A stretch of DNA of 63,531 nucleotides, filler included, from Octopus bimaculoides (Eukaryota): the NCBI RefSeq assembly GCF_001194135.2. It is 5 parts of 5 records of this genome, joined end to end, with 100 filler letters (N's around TTAATTAATTAA, not from the genome) between each part and the next. Parts side by side here need not be neighbours in the genome. Positions count along the whole stretch, not along the records: positions 22,336 to 40,465 come from NC_068999.1; 4 more parts are not named here. One strand, 5' to 3'. Under the pieces are notes generated by a model. That model did no database searches. It had not been told where the DNA came from and saw only the letters and a program-made list of their open reading frames with translations. Made by a program: the position numbers and the translations under genes. This document shows positions 22,578 through 36,597 of this stretch, in pieces. Positions within the stretch are counted from its first letter, which is position 1. The number at the start of each line of letters is the position of its first letter.

Positions 22578-23190
22578 TCGTCCTTTCCACACACCTCTAC
22601 AGCTGTGAGACGCGGGCGTTATATCAACGTGACTTGAAGAAAATCGAACGTTTCCAACAGCACAAACTTTGCCCAATCATGGGAATTCGATGGAATGACC
22701 ATATTACAAATGAAGAAGTTCTGCTCCGGGCTGGACTGCCCAGCATTGAAACTACCATGGCGTAACGCCGACTCTACTGGTCGGAACACATCATACCTAT
22801 GTCTCAAACACACCTGACCACGCAGAACCCCAAATTCCATTTCCGAAACCAGCCCAAGGCCACTCTTTTCAGCTGCTCCATTGACTAAAATACCTAGAAG
22901 ACAATGGTGCGCCCAATGTGGAGGCATGTCATTATAGAGGGAACAGACCTGATGGAAAATAACAGATATCAAGAGGCAGAAATCAGACGTCGAAGAAGGA
23001 AAATGTGACTCGTACTTCCTCGTCCCCCAGCAACCCTCCCCGGCGATAAATGCCCCTGGTTCTTCTATGCCACCCTTCGCCTGAGCAGCTACCTCTTGCA
23101 CCAACACCCTTTGTACCCATCAGGATGAAGAGGCTCAATCACTAACAGATTAACTACGCAGATACGAGTTAATGCTGACGACGATGATAT
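22578..23190 (+). mobile_element. RTE-clade LINE 3' relic
   Basis: LSTHLYSCETRALYQRDLKKIERFQQHKLCPIMGIRWNDHITNEEVLLRAGLPSIE...RRLYWSEH...WRHVIIEG...RRRRK, with stops and frameshifts; ends in a GAC/GAT tail next to (CA)n. Confidence 0.85.
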
Positions 23191-23192
23191 AA

Positions 23193-23264
<72 letters not shown>

Positions 23265-24157
23265 GCTATTGCATACTCATACATATACATTTACACGTAC
23301 ACACATACGATATGCGAGCTGATTAGCTAGCTAAACGGTAATAGCAACAATTGGAGTAGTGACTGTAGGCTGTATTTATAGGAATATATCAATTTTCCAT
23401 TATCTGTGCTAAATATACATGTTGCCACCTTATATCACATCAACCGATAAAACTGTTTGAGATTTATTTCGACCAATTCTCTTAGTAATGTTCTGTGAAT
23501 GTTACCATTAATTTCTTCCATTCCGTTTCATTATTCACCCCTTCGCCAATGAGGAAAAGATGCTCATTCCAACAAAAGTCTTTATAAATAGAAATTTCGA
23601 AAATTATTCACATGAAAACGCTAAATATTCTGGAAATAAGAAAAGAAAATTCATTACAAAATGTACTTTATATATTGGCTGTTAAAATTTTCATAAAGTC
23701 GCCCTAAAACTAGATAGTATTTTGGAAAGATATTTCTAGAATGATAAATAAGAACTATTTATTAAGACATTCTTATAGACAATACGAAATTTCGTTTAAT
23801 TTTCGCCTTCCTTTTCTATATTCTTTCTCTTTACTATCTATTTAGTGTCAAAATGCAAATTAACCACAGTAAATCAATAGAAAACAATGAAACATACGAG
23901 ATAAATGCATTCAAACAAACATGTACTGAGTCGTGCGTGTGTGGAACAGGAGACTCCTTGAGAAGCCTTGCCCAGAGTCTTTCGCTTACTGGTGCTGTGT
24001 TCACACCCATCTCTTCACTTGGCTTAGCTCACCAGCTGAGGTGGAGTACAAGGGTGTGGGGCTAGGGGCCATCAAGTGAGTAATTAGAAGTTGAATGAAG
24101 ACCAGTGATGCCTGTCCACCTGACTATTCCTGGCAAGGTTCAACCATTTATAATTTT

Positions 24158-25600
24158 AGTAAAAATCCACTTTTTTCTTATGTCCTGGCCCACACGAAGA
24201 GACATCAATCTAAGATTGAAGTTGATCTGAAATATATTCCAAGAATACAGACAATGAAGAAAGCCTTGTTCTAGTTATGTCATTCTCAAAAGATACACGG
24301 GTGAACTTTGACCATTCAAATTTATGTTAAGCAGATCTAAGTCACATTATTATCAATGGCCTGAAAATGTCTCCACTATCTGATGAGGAATGCTACAGTT
24401 ACTTAAGAATAAATTATTTCCTATGATAGACTCCATAAAGAAGATTGTAAACAAGAAATATAATACTACAATTTATGGTTCTCGGAAATACCTGCATGCA
24501 ATAAATCGAATGTGTTTGCTGAACCAGTACTGACGCCAACATTTGGACAACAATATTGGGTGTTAATTGACATCCGATTGATGTAAAAACTTGAGGATAT
24601 TGAACTCGTGCCAGCAATTTCTACAGCAATGGTGATATAGACTGCTTTTACTTAAAACTAAGACAAGGTAGTAGAAGCTCAGCATCGATCAAAACAGCCT
24701 TTAAGTGTTGCATCGTATACCTTCGACAACATCAACTAACCGCCAAACGTCGAGGTTCTGCTATGGATCAAGTCTGCATACGTGAAGTCGATAACATCCC
24801 GAGAATTGGAAATGAGCTTCTCAGAAAGTATTCCCTGACTGATGATCTAAAATATACGCCGCGAGAAGTTGTTCGACTCCAGTGAAACAGATCATCAAAA
24901 GAAAGACTTCATACATACCAGTAAAAAGTCATGCATGACTAAATTCACGGAAGGCTTTTAACTGACAGCAACATTGACAACTAAACTAGTCTATCCTAGA
25001 TTGATAACACTGATCAACAAAATTAAATGTATTCTACTCATTATGAATACAAACCAACTTTTTTTGTATATCTGAAATCTTAAATTATATATTTGAAATC
25101 AGCATTAAAAACTACATTAAGTACACCTTGAAATATGCTCGATGAAAAATACTTGTTGACCAGTGTAATCAAGATAATATAAGGGTAGGAAATAGCAACA
25201 AAATATCTGATGCGCAAAAGAGGTAAGGTTGCAGATAAAACCTCCTACATGCGACAACCGATGCAGTCTCTGTCGAACTAACATTGAGAATGTCATTTAC
25301 ATCATAAGAACTGACTGAAAATGTCTTTATGGCATTAATTACCTGTGAGACATGGTGTCGTGGCCAGAAAACTATATAATGAAACTCGACGAAATGATAA
25401 TTCTGAGAAGACAAATATAAGGATCTACAGTGATGAGGAGGGCATAACCATAAATATTTCGAAAGAATGGGTGGAATATCCCTGTCAAAGCTTGAATAAA
25501 ATGCAAGCACATAATTTTCTGGAACACAGAAAAGAAACTATGCAAAGTAACTGAAACCAGTTGCCCAAAAGATGTGAAGATTTATGTCTTATTTGTAGAT
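24158..25600 (+). mobile_element. Decayed R4/Dong-like ORF fragment (RT C-terminus, CCHC region, RLE)
   Basis: Motifs DLKYI, INGLK.SPLSD.ECY.YL, PVLTPTFG, NFYSNGDIDCFYL, QEIATKYL...RCSLC, VARKLYNE are recognisable across frameshifts. Confidence 0.75.
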
Positions 25601-25649
25601 TAGAAACTAGCTCTTTCTACATTGGGGAGAAATTCGAAAAATAAAATGA

Positions 25650-25657
25650 ACCAAACT

Positions 25658-25706
<49 letters not shown>

Positions 25707-25950
25707 ATATGTACTTACACACACACACACATACACACAGACGTACGTACATACATGCATGCATACATACACATACACATATACATGAATACATTCATAC
25801 ATACATGCATACATACATGAATGCTTACATTCATACATGCATGCATACATACGTATGTACATACATACATACGTACATACACACATACATACACACATGC
25901 ATACATGCATAAATACATACATACACATATACATGCATGTGTACGTACGT

Positions 25951-25989
<39 letters not shown>

Positions 25990-26030
25990 TACATACACGC
26001 ACACACACACAAACATACATACATACATAT
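25650..26030. repeat. Compound (CA)n/(CATA)n microsatellite
   Basis: Low-complexity tract generating the HTHT/MYVC spurious ORFs. Confidence 0.95.
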
Positions 26031-26519
26031 CAAGTAAATAAAAAGGAAGCGTTGAGCTGTTTTAAATCTACAGAATGGAGTTTTTTATGAGATGAGACTA
26101 AAGATATTTTTAGGTTAACTAAATTTATATATTTACATAACTATTTTTGTGGCCATGTTTGGTGAGCTGGTGTTGAATTATTTGGAATCATTGTCTTGTT
26201 GGAATGAGATCTGTTCAAGTGACATATTCATATATTTCACACATAAATGTGTCTACTAAACAACATTATTACCGATGTCATTTTGAAATCGGTAAATTTT
26301 ACACAGTTAGTTCAGGTTATAGTCATTTTTAAATCAATGAACCTAAAATTATAACACTTAATGTTATAAAATCGTGAAAATAAAAGAAAACCACTTGCTG
26401 ACGAATGTAGTTTAATAAATCAAATCTATGTAAGCAAGTTTTATATCTAATTCTACAACAAAAATTAATTGAATCAAATAAACTCACGCACACATGCAAA
26501 CATCTCTTTCTCTCCTTTT

Positions 26520-26571
<52 letters not shown>

Positions 26572-27972
26572 ATCCCCCCCCCCACATACATGGTCAATAT
26601 CATACAAATGTGAAATATTTTCATTGTAACATATATTACACAGAATTTATATTTTTATATGCACCAACAATTTTTTTAAAGAACTATATTATTTCTCACG
26701 CGTGGTCTTTGAAGAATTTCGTTGTAAATTCAAATTATCTCAGAAGTAAATTTCTTCCATTTATTGATCAATAAAAAATCACTTCTCTGTCAATTGGTAA
26801 TATTTTTAAGACGACACCTGGTATCAACTGTAAGTTGTTACCAAGACAATTATAGTGCTATATTATATCTCAGAGGAAAAGTGAGGAGGAGGCTTACGGT
26901 CAGTTTCCGATAGCCTTTGCATGTCATGTGCCATCACAAACATGACTGTTATATCAGACACAACTGCTATTTATCGATCTACAAAAGGACAATAGGAAAA
27001 GTGAATTCAAGAAGTAAAGAAGTGTAGCTAAATGCTGAAACACCATTAACCCAGATCTCTGCCGACATTGAGAATTTAGAAATCGTCAGAACAAACACCG
27101 AGAGACATTTTGTCCTGTATCCTAACAGATCTGCCACTGTCCCCGAGTGTATGAAAAATGTTGCTTAGTGTCAGGGCAGCCTTGACTGAGTAGCCCTAAA
27201 CGTTCCATCCATTTTTCTTTCTAATGTAGTCTTATCTCTTTCAAGACGGTGGGGTGGGATTTAAGGTAACTGTGGCTACTATTTTTTCTTTCTCCACAGT
27301 TATTAAGTTTCACGAGCATACCTAAAAACTGTGATCTACTGGTATGTTTCACGTAAATTTGTGGATGACACTAACACTGGCATGAAGTGTAGCCAGCTTT
27401 GGACTCGTGGGGCTTACTTCATGTCACATTTTGAAGGTTATACTTTTGTAATCCAAGAGCAGGAGATAGATATAGCATATCACAGAAACAGAAGAGGCAG
27501 GAAAGGATTTAAGCTCTCAACATGCGTCAGGAAATGTCAATTATTGCACATGCTTGTGAAAGATATTACACATCTGAACAACAGTAACTCGAAAATGTCA
27601 TTAAGCTACTACTTTCTAATGCAGTAAAATGCCGTTGATGAAGAAGAACGTGCAATGTCAAGTGAAGGAAATAGCGAAAGTATTTTTGTCTTTTTGAGTA
27701 TATACATATGTCTCAACAGAAAGAACAATGGTGGAAGACTGGCATCAAAACGTTCCCCAGGTGCTAAACGCAATTGGTCTGATACACTTATATTTTACGA
27801 TTATAGAGGTCACGTGCCTCACAGACGTGAGCATTTCCTTTAGAATCTGTGAGAACGGGAATATTTACGGACAACTACTTCGAAAGCTACAGCTACTTTA
27901 TCATAAATTAAACACAAAAGCACGCACGAACTCACGCAAAGATATCCATATATACATACATACATACATACA

Positions 27973-28022
<50 letters not shown>

Positions 28023-28395
28023 NNNNNNNNNNNNNNNNNNNNNNNNNNNNNNNNNNNNNNNNNNNNNNNNNNNNNNNNNNNNNNNNNNNNNNNNNNNNNN
28101 NNNNNNNNNNNNNNNNNNNNNNNNNNNNNNNNNNNNNNNNNNNNNNNNNNNNNNNNNNNNNNNNNNNNNNNNNNNNNNNTATATATATATATAATATATA
28201 TATATATATAATATATGTATGTATGTACACGAATGTATACATACGTTCATATATACACATACACTCTCGCTCTCTCTCACACACACGCGCGCGCATGCAC
28301 AACTTTTATTTTATTATTTTATTATTTTTGATTGGTAGAATGTTAGTAATGTGACTCAAGGGCCAAGAGTTTGGTGCATGGAACTTATCAAATTG

Positions 28396-28427
<32 letters not shown>

Positions 28428-29004
28428 TATATATGCATAATATATGTATATATGCATAATATATGTATATATGCATATATATGTATGTGTATATGTATAT
28501 GTATGTATCTATGAATGTATGTATGTGCACATAAAAATATATACATACACATACGCACATATGCATACATACTTAGGTACATACATACATACACACGTGC
28601 GCGCGTGTGCAAAGACACATAAACAAATAGACACACATACTCACATATACACACAGGTATCTATCACGCGTGCGCAATCATCTCTTTTCGGCACACAAAC
28701 ATGCATCAATTTATATTCTCTTTATAAAAGAAGATACAAAACGAACAACAACGTGGTTTTAGTCCTGGTAAATGGTAACAGGCATTTCTGTGGAAATGGT
28801 ACCGTTGCGTAGAACATCAGTCGTCTCACATGAACGCTGCACACATCTTTTGCTAATAGAAATGTTCAAGCAAGCAAAATGAAGATCACGCGAAAGTGCC
28901 TTATGCAACAAGAACAAAAAGATACATAAACAAATAAAACCAATTTTGTATGATATTGCCAAAAAAATTGTGTATCTGCTCTTTGTGATTATATCAAGAA
29001 ATTT

Positions 29005-29128
29005 CTTGTTGTTGTTGTTCTTCTTCTTCTTCTTCTTCTTCTTCTTCTTCTTCTTCTTCTTCTTCTTCTTCTTCTTCTACTACTACTACTACTACTACCA
29101 CTACTTCTACTACTACTACTACTACTAT

Positions 29129-29169
<41 letters not shown>

Positions 29170-29292
29170 TTTTTTCTTCTTCTTCTCCTCCTCTTACTAC
29201 TACTACTACTACCACTACTATCACCACTTATTATTATTATTACTATCATTATTATTATTGTTGTTGCTATTATTAATGCTGTTGTTGCTATT

Positions 29293-29330
<38 letters not shown>

Positions 29331-29385
29331 TATTATTGTTATTATTATTATTATTATTATTATCATCATTATTATTATTATCCTT

Positions 29386-29423
<38 letters not shown>

Positions 29424-29430
29424 TATCAAT
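29005..29430. repeat. Compound triplet microsatellite (GTT, CTT, CTA, TTA, TCA runs)
   Basis: Read directly from the sequence. Confidence 0.95.
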
Positions 29431-30152
29431 GAGAAACAAGGAGGAAAACAAGATGTCACGGGTTTCGTGTGTTAGAAGAATTGAAAATGAGAAGAATTAG
29501 AATTTGAAACTTCAAGGTTGCCATGAAAAATTGGATTGAATTGTTTAGTAATGTAAAAATTCATTGAATGAAATTGAAAATTTATCGGAAGCACAAAAGA
29601 AAAATCTATAAACAGAAGCAATTTCAAAGAATAAATAAAAAAGTAAATTCTCTAAGATGGTATTTTATTTCTCAGGAGCAACATTTTTTAAAAAAAAGTT
29701 TGTTTTCCTCCACCATCGCCACCACCTCCTCCTCCTCCACATTTTTCTTCTGGCATAGTGTACTCTGACTTCATTATTCAATATGTTTAAGACTGTTGGA
29801 CGTGGCTTGAGGTTGATTTCACATTTTCTTTTTCTTTTCTTGTTTTCTTTTCCTTAGAGGGGAAAGGGCAGCCTCCTTAGTCTATCCTTGGTCCTCCAAG
29901 ACTGGCGTGAGGGAAGCAAATCTAACCCGAATGTTTACAACAGGGTATATTCCTTTAAAGGCTGGTTGGTGGTGTTAGACTGGGCAAAGTATTACGCCCA
30001 CCACATAAATATAACCTTCAAGTATCAGGGATCAAACCCGAGTTACCTGGGTTAAAGCTTATCTCTAGCAGGCCGAATAACCATCTGCAAGCTCCCGAAT
30101 GGAATAAAATGGAGTCAGTGTGAAGCGACTTAAGCTTGACATATTTTGTCCT

Positions 30153-30580
30153 GTCCAGTGTTTTTCAACCAGGTCCAGTGTTTTTCAACCAGGTCCAGTG
30201 TTTTTCAACCAGGTCCAGTGTTTTTCAACCGGGTCAACATGTGACCCGGGGTGGTTCATATAAGATTATGGGTGGGGTATGTGAGCAAAATAGTACATTG
30301 GGGATTCACAGTAGTATTTTAAGGATCCATGAATAAATTTTGCTTTAGATGCATTTATTGCAAGAAACAGCTATGTCTCTTTCTTTAATGTTTTACGTAA
30401 TTCAACATGTTTCCTGGCAACTGAAACGTTATTTCATTGAGTGCTCTTGCAAACCTACGGAAGTGAACATCTGAAAAACAAAATAGGGATTTTGAAAGAA
30501 AAATCTATAAGAATAATTTTTAAATATCCACCAGGATAAAATAGTAATCAAACAGGGTCCAGAAGTAAAAAAAAAAATGT
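30153..30580. mobile_element. hAT-type MITE with its left TIR in four tandem copies
   Basis: CAGTGTTTTTCAACC at 30156, 30176, 30196 and 30216 (20-bp period); right TIR not found. Confidence 0.6.
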
Positions 30581-30789
30581 CGATCTGCAGTAAATTTGTC
30601 TGGAATGATTTTTAAATCTATCATAAACGGGTGAGCAACTGGATACCCTGGTATGTATTATCACCTTCATCTCCAGTTATGAGTTGATGCTGTTTTATTT
30701 TGAATCCAACTTTGATTATGTTATTTGTATATTACTTTTTCCTATACACTTTATCCCATCCATCGTTTCCTATGATATTATTATTACTA

Positions 30790-30853
<64 letters not shown>

Positions 30854-32794
30854 CGTTATGATTATGAAAAAAATTATATCAGCTGCATTTACACATTATC
30901 CACATGGCGTTACCGAGACACCTGAGGAAGATGACGGATATGATGTTCTCAACACATTTGACAGCAGTGTGATGTCGAGAAGTGCTAGAACTGTTTATTA
31001 AAAGTGTACATATGAGTGCTCAATAAAAATTCTACAGAATTATGAAATTAATGGTAACAGTGTTCTTTGTAAAGTGTGCGCAGTGACCATTAGTATTACT
31101 TTTTTGCATTTCTTTTAAACATTTCNNNNNNNNNNNNNNNNNNNNNNNNNNNNNNNNNNNNNNNNNNNNNNNNNNNNNNNNNNNNNNNNNNNNNNNNNNN
31201 NNNNNNNNNNNNNNNNNNNNNNNNNNNNNNNNNNNNNNNNNNNNNNNNNNNNNNNNNNNNNNNNNNNNNNNNNNNNNNNNNNNNNNNNNNNNNNNNNNNN
31301 NNNNNNNNNNNNNNNNNNNNNNNNNNNNNNNNNNNNNNNNNNNNNNNNNNNNNNNNNNNNNNNNNNNNNNNNNNNNNNNNNNNNNNNNNNNNNNNNNNNN
31401 NNNNNNNNNNNNNNNNNNNNNNNNNNNNNNNNNNNNNNNNNNNNNNNNNNNNNNNNNNNNNNNNNNNNNNNNNNNNNNATATATAAACAAATGGTAAATG
31501 AGTATATGCATATATACGTACAGGTATGTGCATACCGACATCCACCTGTATGTATAGGTGCATATCTGGGTACAGGACATTGCAAACAAAACTTAGACGG
31601 GAAAACACACAAGCCACATAGAGAACATTCTACTTCATCAGCTACCCACGTTTTAACACCGGCGTTTTGAAGAGCTTGGGCAGGACGCATCGTTAAAACG
31701 GCTCATCCCATGGACCGCAGATTAAATTTGTATACGCAAATTAAATCTTGCCATGGAGGAATGTAGTGGCGGACAAAAAACAAGACAGGAAAACAAACAG
31801 AAAAGGCTTTACGGCCAGACGAGAAAAATTATGTGTGTATGAACTATACATATACACACACACACACACACACACACCTACACACATAAACGTGTACGCA
31901 CGCACACACACATACACACACCACAACACAACAAATGCCAGTATTATGGTTTCGCAGAACCAGATCACTTTTAGACAATTTTTCATGCCACACTCTTGTG
32001 GTCCTTCAGCCTTGAAATCTTAAGATAATGCACCGCTCTATAACGTCTTCAAAACTTTTGATTGCATCCTGCCATGAAAAGCTTAACAAACTTGCTCGCC
32101 TATGGGCTCTGTCCACCTGTCATATTTTGGAAGTTTCCTAGTAGATCGGTCCATCACAGTGTGTGTTCATATACCTTTCTCTTTCTCTCTCTTTCTATCC
32201 CTTTCCCTCTCTCTCTCAGTCTCTCACCCCAACACACCTATCTATACTTAAGCGTCTCAGGATCCTATTATGTCTCTCACACTCATTGATATTTCTAACT
32301 ATTCCTATCCACACACGGACTAAATCTCTTCTATTCTTTCTTAATCTACTGCACATTTCTACCACCTCTTGCTGGCAACATATTGTCTCTGTGAGTAGAG
32401 GCTTTGAGAATATTCTCCAGACGTAATGACATAACAACCTAGTCTTCTTATTCGACAATAGAATTGTATTGTCCTCATCAGTTTGCGACAGACGTGGAGA
32501 ATTATGTTCAATATCATATTTCTTCAGTTTGAATAAGAGAAAAATATATCTACACCAAAGTTTTAGTAGCTTATGGAAAATTGAAGATAAACGATGTCCA
32601 GTATTAATAGCCTCGAGTATATATCGGTCATAAAAATCTTGTGGTTAACGAGAAAGTAAGAGAAAAAGGGAGGGAGATAGACAGAAAGGGTGAGAGAAAG
32701 AGAGAGAAGGAGGGAAAGAGACAGTGAGAGAGCAGGAAGAAAAGGAAGCACAAATCTAAATTCAGCACCGACTGGTTGGTATAGAATACAGTGT

Positions 32795-33348
32795 TTATGT
32801 CTTCAAATATATTCGGGTAGGTAAATGCAGAAGAATTGCAGGAGCTGGTCATCAGATGAAGGGAGGTAAGTGCAAAAGACAAACTCGTTATCATCAGTTC
32901 GGTGTTCATACCTACCGTAACCTATAGTCATGAATCTTTGTTAGCGAGTGAAAGAGTACGATCGTAAATACAAGCGGCAGGAATGGGTTTTCTCCAAAAG
33001 GTCTTTGGAGTAACGTACGTAGCAGAAATCAGCGAAGTGCTCCAAGTAGAGCCGCTACTTTTCCAAATTGAAAGATCACAACTCCAATACTGCTGACATG
33101 TGATAAGAATGTCTCGGAAAAAAAATCTCTGGACAGGTTTTACGGGAAAACCAACCGGCAGAAGATCCAGGGTAGACCGTGAACAAATTGGTTGGTTAAT
33201 ACCCGTGAGCTCGGTTGGTCTTGCTTCAGGATTCAGCCAGATCAATTCGAGACAGTTACTCTGATAGGACCCGATGGAAAACGTGCTTGAAGAATCTACC
33301 CCTACGACCCGCTCAGGAATAAGTGAGCGAAGAAGATGAAATGAGATA
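32795..33348 (+). mobile_element. RTE-clade (Expander/Rex3-like) LINE 3' relic
   Basis: KLVIISSVFIPTVTYSHE...ERVRS*IQAAGMGFL...VEPLLFQIERSQL...KPTGRRSR...DRTRWKTCLKNLPLRP, ending GAAGAAGATGAAATGAG. Confidence 0.85.
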
Positions 33349-33397
33349 TATATGTATACATACATACATACATACATACATACATACATACATGTGT

Positions 33398-33428
<31 letters not shown>

Positions 33429-35308
33429 CAGCAGCAGCAACGAGTAAGTGATACATTGTCTTGTGGTAAATCCATAAGATGAACATATAAGGAGGCTAAG
33501 GTTCGCTGATAAATACGGAGTTCATTGTTTCTTTGAGGTAGAAGAATATTAGAAAATTATAAAAGAAAAAATAACGGATATCTTTTCAAAGAAAGCTAAA
33601 ATAATAAGATAACTCTTGCTAAGTTGAAAATTGAAAGTCTTAAAGTAGAGCACGAATGAAAGACAGCTAGTAAAAGTGAAAGCTATTCCCCGGATGAAAG
33701 AACGAACAATTTCCAAATTTCCTTTGAAACATGACTAAAAATCACGTTGGTTACCATTTTAGAAACACCTATCTTAAAATCTTTCTTCTCATCAAAAATA
33801 ACGATACAGCAATGAAAATGCTTTCAAAGGGAGCGAAAATTTGAAAACAAAACCGAGAAGTTAAAAGGAAACAAAAAACCAAAAAAAAATGATACGAGCA
33901 TTAAAAATCTGTTTTTATTGCAAAGACAGAAAAAAAAGGAAGTCATTAAAATATTTCAGTAGAAATGGTGAAACGTTATTTTATCGGAAATTGTTTACAG
34001 GTCTTTATGGTTAATCTCGCAGATATGAAAAGACTTTCGTTGTCAGCTCGAGACCAACAAGAAGTCATTCCTATCACAAGTAACAAACGTTACATGTCCA
34101 CTCATCAACGTCTGTATTGATTTTCGAAATCAATACTTTAACGAAAAAAATATTTTTAAAGAACAGCCTGCTGTTTGGCATAAAAGTTCAGGAGTAAATT
34201 TGAATGAACAACACAAGGAATTGTTCTCTATTTAACTTAAATCTATGACACGATATCAGGCGTGACAAATCTCAGCAATAAACTCGTCTAGAACTTGTAA
34301 AATCATACGAATCTTTAAATAGGTTCAACTGGATACATCTACTGCTAAAGTTATAGTTTAATTTGCCTTGAATTAATTGAACATGCAGTGAAATATGAAT
34401 AAAATTACACAGATCTGATCTGAAGAATGTTTTGTTACATTAGTAAAAAGTCTTGGGTTTTAAACAAAGGGGAATAAAATTATAGCGTTCACGGTTTAAT
34501 ATGGAGGTCATGTTGTAAAAATAAGAGGACAGGCGTGGCTGTGTGGATGAGAAGTTCGCTTTCCATTCATGCGGTCTTGCGATGAGTTTCACTGTCCAGC
34601 ATCTTGGGTAAGTATCTCATTGGGCCGACCAAAGCTTTGTGAGGGGATTCGATAGATAGAACTAAAATAAGTTTGTCGTTTATATATATATATATAATTG
34701 AAAAAATTTGGAGCCAACAAGGAGTACGGTCGGACATTTATTTTCAATCACTACAATTGTTTCTACGCAACGTAGTTCTCCAGGCGTGCAGGTACTTTAT
34801 TATGCAATCGTTTCCCTGCATTATGAGATCGAATTGTGTTTCCTCAGGCGATTTGTAAATATTATCTCCGTAAGCTCAAATTCTCGGCTTCAAGAGCATC
34901 CTCTCTGTCTGTCGTGGCCTGAAGTTAGTAGTAGCCACTGATTTTATCAAGGTGTGTTGGTGCTAAAGGACTGTTGGCAAACTGCTTTGAATGTGTAGAT
35001 GTAGTGAGATGATGATTCTCCTACTGTTAAAGCGGTTGCCGTTTTAAAGGGATTGGAATATAGTTTCTTTGTGCTGTTGATTTGTTCTTCATGGTTGGTT
35101 ACACTTGCGATTGTCCTTAGTTGACCATACGTACACATACATGGTCGTTCACATATACATCCATATACATACTAACACTCGGACACATACACACAAATAT
35201 GTACATACATACATATGTGTGTGTATACACGTACTCATATACTGATATGTACACGCACTCACATACATACACATATACACACGCGCGCATATACATACAC
35301 AGATGCGC

Positions 35309-35394
<86 letters not shown>

Positions 35395-36084
35395 GGAATT
35401 TACAAAACAAAAACAAAAGACGAAGACAGGTGTGTAAACAACAAACAGATATATATCCATGCATACTAAACACACGGACAAGCACGCATACGCACATATA
35501 GAAATACAACCAGACACACGCACACATGGAGAGGGGGGAAGGGCATTTTTCTGGTTTTAACAATAATGCTCCACGTTACCTGGACCATGAATTTTCATTT
35601 GTACGTATCACCATAGGTCCATTAGGTTATGTGCCAACTAATTTGCACAAGAACCTAGAAATACTCGATTTCAGAGAGAAAGAGTAAAAGAAACTGACGT
35701 GAAATCTTCAAATCCAATCTATTAGTGGTACAATGAAGATTTGTAAGACATTAAAAAAAAATCACCATCTGAGATTCTTAATCAAATTGATGCATATACT
35801 TGGGTATATGTATCGACAGTTCAACCAACAAACCAACTAAATCACATATTTTCAAACACCAAGAACTCTCTCAACTCAAAATGTCTTGTTGCTTTCTTAG
35901 CGACCAGCTTGAACTCTCTCAAGAAGAACTTAAATAAAACTCAAATAAAATCATACATGTATGCTTGCATGCATACAAGTGTACATACGCACATATGCAG
36001 TCACCTGACAAAGGACTAATGACCTGTGGTGTGTCAGAATCTTGTTGTATGCAGCCTGTGTGGACTTGTTCCTTCAAGGTTACT

Positions 36085-36545
36085 GAGACAACAATATCAT
36101 CATCACAGCTTAACAAACAGCTGGAAAGAAGACATTTGGGGTATGTGTTGAACAACTCTGATCAACAAAGCTCTAATGTTAGAGGTGCGGCAGTTTAAGA
36201 AGATTTTAACCAGATTACCAGAAAAGCTTTTGACTCTATTCCCCAATCGAGGATAATAGAGTTTCTTTCACTGGTCAATGTGTCTAATTACCATTATCAA
36301 GGCCATAGACAATCTGACCTCATCCTGGGTCACCATTCAAAAGTTAAACAGGAAGCAGTTCTATTGTCACTGATAAAATACAGAATTTAAGAGGTGTATT
36401 TGAAAGTGACAGTCGTAACACTGTTTTTATGATGTTATTTATACTTTCTGTAAACCTCTCCCTGCACTGCCCTTTTTACAAAGGATATGTAACTGGCTCA
36501 CTGGAAAACAAAAATATCAACCTAATACATTGCTTCCTTATGGGT
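36085..36545 (+). mobile_element. R4/Dong-like RT fragment (N-terminal RT motifs)
   Basis: INKALM, QKAFDSIPQSRII, IIKAIDNL..SW, RGVFESDS, LSVN and INLIHCFLM motifs. Confidence 0.65.
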
Positions 36546-36597
36546 GGGTGGGGGGTCTGAAAATATTTACCAGGAACATGGATGGTCTGAAGGGAAG

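Noticed and set aside
22619-23107. 162-aa minus-strand ORF (likewise 32928-33440)
   Set aside because: Antisense shadows of plus-strand RTE relics.
29830-29910. Strong polypyrimidine acceptor followed by GTGAGG
   Set aside because: The tract is a (CTTTT)n-like low-complexity run, the putative exon is about 49 nt and not frame-preserving, and nothing supports coding.
30153-30235. 20-bp direct repeats as a CRISPR array
   Set aside because: Contiguous repeats without spacers; the unit is a hAT TIR.
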